From an uncultured Acidobacteriota bacterium (GTDB taxonomy: Bacteria > Actinomycetota > Acidimicrobiia > Spongiisociales > ZC4RG35), in the NCBI GenBank assembly GCA_963828465.1, contig CAWHEU010000022.1, positions 512,001 through 576,000 on the forward strand: DNA of 64,000 bases, read 5' to 3'. Position numbers and translations under genes: made by a program. Numbering within the stretch: the stretch's first letter is position 1; the number at the start of each line of letters is the position of its first letter. This document shows positions 56,927 through 64,000 of this stretch, piece by piece. Below the pieces are notes generated by a model. It was not told where the DNA came from. It searched no databases and saw only the letters and a program-made list of their open reading frames with translations.

Positions 56927-57656
56927 CCCACGACTAGCCGAGCGACGACGGGTTGTCGCCGAGGACCGAGCGCGACGCAAGGTCAGCCGCCTGGTCAAGT
57001 TCCTCGTTGCCCTCGGGTTCGCCGGGGCAGTCGTCTGGCTCTTCCTCTCGCCTTTGCTCAGCGTCGCCTCCGTGACGACCTCGGGAATCGCGGCCAGCTC
57101 CGCCGACAGCGTCCTGGTCGAGCATGACGTGGTCGAGGGCACGCCGCTCATACTGATCCGGTCGAACGACGTTGAGAGCGCCCTCGAGAGCGACCCGTGG
57201 GTCCGCGAGTCCATGGTCGAGCTCGATTGGCCGACCGGTGTCGTTGTGCGGGTCCAGGAGAGGGTTCCTGCTGCCTGGCTGGAGACCAACGAGGGGTGGG
57301 GGCTCTTCGCCGTCGATGGCGTCCAGCTTGGCACCGCCTCCGACCCCGATCCTGCGATGCCGTGGATCGAATTGGGTGCGATCCCCGCCGATGAGACCGA
57401 GACCTCCCAGGAGGTCCTCGGATCGCTCGAATTCGTAGCCACGCTGCCAGAGGAGCTCCGGGCCACGGCCAGGGTGCGTTCCGAGCCCGGGGGAGAGATC
57501 TGGGCAGAGGTTGCCGGGTTTCAGGTGCGACTCGGGCGGCCGGTGGAGATGGGCGCCAAGGCGTTGAGCTTGGCCGCATTGCTCCGTGAGGAGCCTGCAC
57601 CGGGCTCGACCCTGACTCTCATCGCCCCGACCCATCCGGCCGTCTTGCCCCCGTGA
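56913..57656 (+). CDS. ftsQ: FtsQ/DivIB-like protein
   Basis: TM, SPLL, PWV, ER.P POTRA-like pattern; precedes ftsZ. Confidence 0.85.
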   Translation: MMRIDPRLAERRRVVAEDRARRKVSRLVKFLVALGFAGAVVWLFLSPLLSVASVTTSGIAASSADSVLVEHDVVEGTPLILIRSNDVESALESDPWVRESMVELDWPTGVVVRVQERVPAAWLETNEGWGLFAVDGVQLGTASDPDPAMPWIELGAIPADETETSQEVLGSLEFVATLPEELRATARVRSEPGGEIWAEVAGFQVRLGRPVEMGAKALSLAALLREEPAPGSTLTLIAPTHPAVLPP

Positions 57657-57772
57657 CGGTCTGACCCGAAGGTGTAGACGTCTAGTTGAAGGTTAGAGAT
57701 TGAGTCTTTACTAACCCGTCGGCGAACGGTAAACCTCTACTTCAGCTTCCGATATCCACTGGAGGAATTGTC

Positions 57773-58822
57773 GTGAACTCGTCGAGCGGCGGCTATTTGG
57801 CCGTCATCAAAGTCGTAGGGATCGGCGGTGGCGGCGTCAACGCCGTCAATCGCATGGTCGACGCGGGCATACGCGGTGTCGAGTTCATCGCGTTGAACAC
57901 CGATGCCCAAGCACTGCTCATGAGCGATGCCGATGTCAAACTCGACATCGGCCGCGAGGTGACCAGAGGCCTGGGCGCCGGCGCCAACCCCGAGATCGGT
58001 CGTGCCGCCGCCGAAGAGCACAAGGCGGAGTTGGAGGATGTCCTCAAGGGCTCCGACATGATCTTCATCACGGCGGGCGAGGGTGGTGGCACCGGTACCG
58101 GTGGGGCGCCCGTAGTTGCCGAGGTAGCCCGGTCCGTCGGCGCTCTCACTGTTGGCGTGGTCACCCGGCCGTTCGGTTTCGAGGGGAGACGTCGGGCGGT
58201 GCACGCCGAACAGGGCATCGACGATCTCAAGGATGCGGTCGACACCTTGATCGTCATCCCCAACGACCGACTGCTCGAAGTGGGAGACCCCGAAGCCCCG
58301 ATCGCCGAGACCTTCCGGCTGGCCGATGAGGTCCTGATGAGCGGTGTTGCCGGAATCACCGACCTGATCACGACTCCGGGCCTGATCAACGTCGACTTCG
58401 CCGACGTGCGGACCATCATGTCGGACGCCGGCTCAGCGGTGATGGGCATCGGCCGGGCCACTGGTGAGAACCGAGCCAAGCAGGCCGCGGAGCGCGCCAT
58501 CTCCAGCCCGATGCTGGAGACTTCGATGGAAGGCGCCAAAGGTGTCCTCCTCTCCGTATCCGGGCCCTCCTCGATGACGCTCCACGAGGCCACGGAAGCG
58601 GCCCGGGTCGTCGCCGATCACGCCGACACCGAGGCGGACATCATCTTCGGGGCGATCGTCGACGACGACCTTGGTGAGGAGATGAAGGTGACCGTGATCG
58701 CGGCCGGATTCGAACGGAGACGTCAAGGCCGCTCGGCAACCACGCGCCCCTCGACTCGCTCCTATTCCGGCTTCGACGAGGGGGACGACGTCCTAGACAT
58801 CCCCACCTTCGTCCAGGGATGA
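57773..58822 (+). CDS. ftsZ: Cell division protein FtsZ
   Basis: [31 protein letters not shown]. Confidence 0.98.
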   Translation: MNSSSGGYLAVIKVVGIGGGGVNAVNRMVDAGIRGVEFIALNTDAQALLMSDADVKLDIGREVTRGLGAGANPEIGRAAAEEHKAELEDVLKGSDMIFITAGEGGGTGTGGAPVVAEVARSVGALTVGVVTRPFGFEGRRRAVHAEQGIDDLKDAVDTLIVIPNDRLLEVGDPEAPIAETFRLADEVLMSGVAGITDLITTPGLINVDFADVRTIMSDAGSAVMGIGRATGENRAKQAAERAISSPMLETSMEGAKGVLLSVSGPSSMTLHEATEAARVVADHADTEADIIFGAIVDDDLGEEMKVTVIAAGFERRRQGRSATTRPSTRSYSGFDEGDDVLDIPTFVQG

Positions 58823-59442
58823 ACCGGGCCCCCGGTGTCGACGGGGCGGCGTTCACCGATGCGACAGACGGAGACCAGCGCAACGATCTGACGGCGCGAT
58901 CGGCGGTGTCGTCCTGGCTGGGGATCTCGCGTGACTGGGCTACGGTTCGCCAGGTCCACGGATCCGTCGTTGTTCGCGCCGAGGCTTCGGGAGAGCTAGA
59001 CGAGGCCGATGCCATCTGGAGCGACGTGCCCGGCCTCCCAATGGCTGTGTTCACCGCCGACTGCTTCGGGGTCGTGCTCACCTCCGAGTCCGCCGTGGGC
59101 GTGGCTCATGCCGGTTGGCGGGGGGTAACGAGTGGTGTCGTCCCCGCCCTACGGGAGGAGATGATGCAGTCAGGCCATGTGCCCCGGGTCGCAGCCATCG
59201 GGCCCGGAATCGGCCCGTGTTGCTTCGAAGTGGGTTCTGAGGTGGCAGATCGGTTCCCCGAGGACTTGACGGAGACCCGATGGGGAGCGACCTCGGTGGA
59301 CCTGGCGAAGGTTCTGAGCAGGCAGCTCGAAGGGTTGGACATCTGGCTCTCTGGCGCTTGCACCATGCATGAGGCGAGCCTGTACAGCCATCGTCGGAGC
59401 GGGACTTCGCTGCGCAATGCGACGATTGCCTGGGTGTCATGA
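58819..59442 (+). CDS. pgeF: YfiH/PgeF family protein
   Basis: [25 protein letters not shown]. Confidence 0.92.
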   Translation: MNRAPGVDGAAFTDATDGDQRNDLTARSAVSSWLGISRDWATVRQVHGSVVVRAEASGELDEADAIWSDVPGLPMAVFTADCFGVVLTSESAVGVAHAGWRGVTSGVVPALREEMMQSGHVPRVAAIGPGIGPCCFEVGSEVADRFPEDLTETRWGATSVDLAKVLSRQLEGLDIWLSGACTMHEASLYSHRRSGTSLRNATIAWVS

Positions 59443-60113
59443 GCTACGACGATGCTGTCAAGAACTACGACGATGTCGCGGCGCGGATGACGGCGGCAGC
59501 CGAGCGATCCGGCAGGGATGCTTCGGCGGTCCGACTGGTGGCGGTGTCCAAGGCGAAATCGGTGGCCGACATCGAGGCTGTGTATGAATTGGGTCACCGC
59601 GACTTCGGCGAGAACCGCGCCCAGGAGATGGCGGAGAAGGCGGCGAGGCTGCCCGATGACATCCGTTGGCACTTCGTCGGCGGTCTGCAGACGAACAAGG
59701 CACGTCTGATCCGACCCATCACCCATCTCCTCCATTCGATGGACAGGGAATCGCTTGCCGGAGCATGGGCGAAGGGAAGCGGACTGCCGCCGCCGGTCCT
59801 GTTGCAGGTGAACACCGGGCACGAGCCTCAGAAATCGGGAGTGGAGCCAGGCGATGCTGCCGCGACGCTGGCCCAGGTCCGGTCCGTCGGGCTGGAGGTC
59901 CGCGGGTTGATGGTTATCCCACCACTCACGGATGACCCGGAGGCGCAGCGCGCCCATTTCGCCGTGTTGCGGGAGATCCGGTCCGTCCTGGCCGTCGAGC
60001 ATCCCGAGATCATCGAGCTCTCGATGGGAATGACCGACGACTTCGAGATAGCGATCGAGGAAGGCTCCTCAATTATCCGCGTGGGACGGGCTATCTTTGG
60101 TGAACGCACCTGA
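59439..60113 (+). CDS. yggS: PLP homeostasis protein YggS
   Basis: VAVSK, FGENRAQE, LSMGMT.D, RVGRAIFG. Confidence 0.95.
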   Translation: MSYDDAVKNYDDVAARMTAAAERSGRDASAVRLVAVSKAKSVADIEAVYELGHRDFGENRAQEMAEKAARLPDDIRWHFVGGLQTNKARLIRPITHLLHSMDRESLAGAWAKGSGLPPPVLLQVNTGHEPQKSGVEPGDAAATLAQVRSVGLEVRGLMVIPPLTDDPEAQRAHFAVLREIRSVLAVEHPEIIELSMGMTDDFEIAIEEGSSIIRVGRAIFGERT

Positions 60114-60122
60114 CGGAGTGAT

Positions 60123-60656
60123 ATGTCGTCACTGTTCTCCAAAGCTCTCGTCTACCTGGGACTGGTCGACGAGGACCAGCTCGATTCCGAGACCGCCGAT
60201 CGCCCTGCGGCCGGCACCATCGAGGAGCCTGCACGACGTGTCGAACCGCGGCGGGTCGAGCAATTCCCGCCCAGCCGGAGGGTGGAGCCGCCGCCTACTG
60301 GACGTGCCGCCACGAGGCCCCAGGGTCGCGACGGCCTTGAAACCGTCGGAGTCGTGAGGACTGTCGAGACACAGTCCGATGTCATCCTCGTCGAGGAGTT
60401 CGGTGATGCCCGGATCCTTGCCGATCGCATCCGGGACCGGGTGCCGGTCGTCCTCGACATGCGCCGAGCTGATCACGACCTGGTTCGCCGGGTGGTCGAC
60501 TTCTCCTCGGGTCTGATCTACGCCCTCGACGGCTCGATGCGGAAAGTGGGCGATGGGCTCGTGGTCGTGCTGCCTCCGAGGGTCACCCTGAGCCGGGAGG
60601 AAAAGCGGCGTCTCTCCACGCTGGGGGCTTACGAGCTCGACGACATCGACGACTGA
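60123..60656 (+). CDS. sepF: Cell division protein SepF
   Basis: K..VYLGL amphipathic N-terminus, RRVVDFSSGL. Confidence 0.92.
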   Translation: MSSLFSKALVYLGLVDEDQLDSETADRPAAGTIEEPARRVEPRRVEQFPPSRRVEPPPTGRAATRPQGRDGLETVGVVRTVETQSDVILVEEFGDARILADRIRDRVPVVLDMRRADHDLVRRVVDFSSGLIYALDGSMRKVGDGLVVVLPPRVTLSREEKRRLSTLGAYELDDIDD

Positions 60657-60659
60657 CCT

Positions 60660-60929
60660 GTGAACATCGGCGGCGTCCTGATCCTGATCCTGCAGATCTA
60701 CTTCTATGCCGTTCTGGCGTGGGTGATCCTGTCCTGGATCCCGACGTCCTCGGAGCACCCGCTCGGCAAGGTCAACGTATTCCTGGATCGGGTCATCTAC
60801 CCGGTGATACTTCCGCTTCGCCGGGTCATCCCGCCCGTTCGTCTCGGCGGTGGGATGCTCGACCTCACACCTATCGTCCTCCTCATCGGGATCCAGTTGC
60901 TGATGGGGCTGGTGCGGGGGATCTTCTGA
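60660..60929 (+). CDS. YggT family membrane protein
   Basis: ILSW, PLRRVIPP, LDLTPI. Confidence 0.9.
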   Translation: MNIGGVLILILQIYFYAVLAWVILSWIPTSSEHPLGKVNVFLDRVIYPVILPLRRVIPPVRLGGGMLDLTPIVLLIGIQLLMGLVRGIF

Positions 60930-60988
60930 TCCTTGGAGCCAGGCGGGTTCGTTCGTATCCTCACTCCACAACCAAGGGGTAGATAGCT

Positions 60989-61747
60989 ATGGCGATAACA
61001 CCCGCCGACATCGAGAAGAAGACCTTCTCCACCGCGCTCCGGGGCTACGACCTCGACGAGGTCGATGACTTCCTCGACGAGATGGTGGTTGCGGTCCGCG
61101 AGATCGAGGAGGAGCTCGCCCAAGCCAGGGAGCGGGTCGCCCAACTCGAGCAAGACCCGGATGCAGTTGCGGCGCTCGCCGCCGTCTCGGCTGCGCCGAC
61201 CACTCCGGCGCCCGATGAGTCCGCTGTGGGTCGAGCGCTCATCGCCGCCCAGGCGGCAGCGGACAGGATGCTCGACGACGCACGAACCGAAGCGGACAGG
61301 ATCGTTGGGGACGCCAGGTCGGAGGCCGACACCTTCGCCCGGGAGCGGGATCAGAAGAAGGCGGAAGTCGACGCCGAGATGGCCGAGATGACCGGTCTTG
61401 TTGCCGGAGTTCGCAACCAGCTCGCCGTTCTCGCCACAACCGTGGCCGACAAGCTCGATGAGATGGATGTGGTCGTTTCGGGAGCCCATAGCAAGGGCTT
61501 GATGGACCAAGACACTGACACGGGGACGGCCGATTCCGAGCACGACATGGCAGACGACTCCGCGGATGAGATCGTCGACGGTGGCGACGAGTTGGATCAG
61601 GATGCCGAAGGTGGGGATGATTCCGAGTCGGACGAGGAAGCCGGCTTGGAGGTCGATCTGGCGGAAGTCGAGTCCGCCGAGGGCGACGACGATGCCGGCT
61701 CTTCAGAGATTGAGGGCGGGGACGGCGAGGAGAACCAGGAGAGCTGA
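60989..61747 (+). CDS. divIVA: DivIVA/Wag31 with long acidic tail
   Basis: ITPADI..KTF, RGYD..EVDDFLD, coiled coils. Confidence 0.93.
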   Translation: MAITPADIEKKTFSTALRGYDLDEVDDFLDEMVVAVREIEEELAQARERVAQLEQDPDAVAALAAVSAAPTTPAPDESAVGRALIAAQAAADRMLDDARTEADRIVGDARSEADTFARERDQKKAEVDAEMAEMTGLVAGVRNQLAVLATTVADKLDEMDVVVSGAHSKGLMDQDTDTGTADSEHDMADDSADEIVDGGDELDQDAEGGDDSESDEEAGLEVDLAEVESAEGDDDAGSSEIEGGDGEENQES

Positions 61748-61750
61748 TCC

Positions 61751-61951
61751 TTGGGCTCGGCCGGCGACCTCGGCTTCTCCTATCAGGCCCCTCGCCCCGA
61801 TGAGATCGTGATCTCACGAGATGGCGTCCCCGTGGCCACGCTGCGCGGGGAAGCGGCCGAGAAGTTCAAGAGCCGCATTGGAGACGGCGACCCCCAGCAA
61901 CTCATGGCTCGAGTCACCGGCAACTACAGGCGGGGAAACGAGCGTCGTTAG
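61751..61951 (+). CDS. Small conserved-looking hypothetical protein
   Basis: LRG..A.KF, Q.LMAR.TGNYRRGNER. Confidence 0.7.
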   Translation: MGSAGDLGFSYQAPRPDEIVISRDGVPVATLRGEAAEKFKSRIGDGDPQQLMARVTGNYRRGNERR

Positions 61952-64000
61952 CGAGTCGGAGCCGGGCTGACCCGAAGTGAGACAGTCCGCCGATCGATGT
62001 CGAAGGACTGTCCCTGGTCGTCGACACCCTCCTCGATCGAGACCGCCAGCACCTCAGCGCCGATCTCGGTGGCATGGGTGGCGATGGCAGATCGAATCAG
62101 CGGGTCCTGGCTTCCCCACACCAGAACCACCCGGTCGGTCACATCTAGACCGGCCTCACGTCGCAGTCTCTGCGCCCGGCTGATCACCTCCCTGGCGATG
62201 CCCTCGAGAAGCAATTCATCGGAGACATGGGTGTCGAGAGCGACCGCGAAGTCCGGTCCAGCCTCGACGACGGTTTCCTCCCTGGGTGTGCGCTCGACGA
62301 CGAGATCAGTCGAGCCAATGTCTCGTCCGACAATGGAGACCGTGCCACCACCGAGGACGAATTCAAGATCCTCGGGTCCGAGGGCCGCTATGGCACTCGC
62401 CGCCTCTGGCATGTTCGACCCGTATAGCGGGCCGAGCGTGCGGAAGTTGGCTTTGGCCGACAGGTGAACCAGCTCCGCTTCGTCGGCGGACGTAGCCACA
62501 ACCTTGACATTCAGCTCATCGGCTATCACATCGGAATGCGCCTCCACTGCCCGGGCCACGTCGGAGTCGCGGGTGAGCACAGTCAGCTTCATCAGTGGCT
62601 GACGAACGCGGAGACCCTCCCTCTTGCGCAGGTTGCGTCCCAGGCGAACCACCTCCCGGACCACTCCCATCGCCGCTTCCAGGTCCCGGTCGATGAGGGC
62701 GGTCTCGGCCTCGGGGAAGTCACGGTGATGAACGCTGGTAACGGCATCAGGATGATGGCGGGCAATCAGGTCCTGATACAGGTGCTCGGTGATGAACGGC
62801 AAGACAGGGGCGAGCACCTCGATGAATCTGGTCAACACCTCGTAGAGCGTGGCGAAGGCGGCCAGTTTGTCGGCGTCGCCTTCACCCGACTCACCCCGGG
62901 TCCGCCAAAACCGACGTCGTGACCGACGCACGTACCAGTTGGTCAGGTGATCGATGAACCCCAGGGTGGGTGGCACGACGTTGTAGAGGTAATAGCCCTC
63001 CATCTGTGTGTTGACTTCGGACACGAGGCTCTGCAGGACGGACAGGATCCATCGATCCAGCTCTGGCCGGTCACCCGGTTTCGGGGCCATCTCGAGGTCG
63101 GCCACGGTGATGCCGTCCGCCTCGGCGTACGTGGTGAAGAAGCTGTAGGTGTTCCACATCGGCAGGAGGACCGTGCGGACCACCTCGGCGACCCCGTCAC
63201 TGCTGAAGCGGAGCGGCTCGGCCCGAAGGACCGGCGAGTTGATGAGGAAAGCCCGCAGCGCATCCGCCCCCATGTGGTCGAAGATCTCCGAAGGGTCCGG
63301 GTAGTTCTTGAGGCTCTTGGACATCTTTCGTCCGTCCTCGGCCAGGATCAGCCCGTTGACGACGCAGTTCTCGAAGGCAGGAGCGTCGAAGAGGGCAGTA
63401 GAGAGGACAATGAGGGTGTAGAACCAGCCCCTGGTCTGGTCGAGGCCTTCGGCGATGAATTTCGCGGGGAAGGCCGCCTCGAATCGCTCGGCGTTCTCGA
63501 ACGGGTAGTGCAGCATCCCATAGGGCATAGAGCCAGACTCGAACCAGCCATCGAGGACCTCGGGGACCCTGATCATCGAACCACCGCAAGAGGAGCACGC
63601 CCAGCCGATTTCGTCGATGACGTGCTTGTGGAGATCGGCGGGTCGTTGCCCGGTGAGAGCCTCCAGCTCGTCGAGGGAGCCGACGGCGACCGCTTCGTCA
63701 CAGCCGGTGCATTCCCATACCGGGATGCATGAGCCCCAATATCGGTTGCGGCTGACGGCCCAGTCGCGGGCATTCGCCAGCCAGTTGCCGTAGCGACGGC
63801 TTCCCACATAGTCGGGCACCCAATGGATCGTGTCGTTGATCTCCACCATGCGGTCCTTGATTTCTTCGACACGGATGAACCAGGTCGGGATCGCCTTGTA
63901 GATCAATGGTGTGCCCGTCCGCTCGCAGAAGGGGTAGGAGTGGGTGATCCTGTCGGCGTGGACCAAGCTGCCCGAAGACCGCAAGAGATCGATGAGGGTC
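61948..64000 (-). CDS. ileS: Isoleucyl-tRNA synthetase, type 2 (5' part beyond window)
   Basis: DWAVSRNRYWG, WFESGSMP, EGLDQTRGWFY, KMSKS, LTNWYVRRSRRR. Confidence 0.96.
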   Translation of the reverse strand, partial: TLIDLLRSSGSLVHADRITHSYPFCERTGTPLIYKAIPTWFIRVEEIKDRMVEINDTIHWVPDYVGSRRYGNWLANARDWAVSRNRYWGSCIPVWECTGCDEAVAVGSLDELEALTGQRPADLHKHVIDEIGWACSSCGGSMIRVPEVLDGWFESGSMPYGMLHYPFENAERFEAAFPAKFIAEGLDQTRGWFYTLIVLSTALFDAPAFENCVVNGLILAEDGRKMSKSLKNYPDPSEIFDHMGADALRAFLINSPVLRAEPLRFSSDGVAEVVRTVLLPMWNTYSFFTTYAEADGITVADLEMAPKPGDRPELDRWILSVLQSLVSEVNTQMEGYYLYNVVPPTLGFIDHLTNWYVRRSRRRFWRTRGESGEGDADKLAAFATLYEVLTRFIEVLAPVLPFITEHLYQDLIARHHPDAVTSVHHRDFPEAETALIDRDLEAAMGVVREVVRLGRNLRKREGLRVRQPLMKLTVLTRDSDVARAVEAHSDVIADELNVKVVATSADEAELVHLSAKANFRTLGPLYGSNMPEAASAIAALGPEDLEFVLGGGTVSIVGRDIGSTDLVVERTPREETVVEAGPDFAVALDTHVSDELLLEGIAREVISRAQRLRREAGLDVTDRVVLVWGSQDPLIRSAIATHATEIGAEVLAVSIEEGVDDQGQSFDIDRRTVSLRVSPAPTR

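Overview
High-GC actinobacterial chromosome segment. The gene set and order (FAS-II fabD-fabH-fabG-acpP-fabF, System I ccm operon, SepF/DivIVA, no ftsA) suggest class Acidimicrobiia; this is inference. The first ~5.4 kb is accessory. It holds the RNase P RNA gene (rnpB), whose 3' end plus terminator (70 bp) is duplicated 3.17 kb downstream. The two copies bracket a decayed tyrosine-integrase island with orphan genes separated by a recurring 44-bp motif and a recurring hairpin, and a second small accessory patch follows. The rest is mostly core genome: aquaporin, a PAF-AH-like hydrolase lacking its catalytic Ser and His, ccmABCDEFHG, a LexA-boxed DEDD/GIY-YIG nuclease, an osmoprotectant ABC transporter, an SRPBCC/ArsA(Get3-like) cluster, FAS-II, dinB, MoxR-DUF58-transglutaminase, the dcw cluster (mraZ to divIVA, without murF) and a partial ileS. 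Several single-base homopolymer insertions (two in ftsI, one in the metallophosphoesterase, one in an island ORF) look like consensus errors. All protein calls come from motif recognition by eye; no database search was run.
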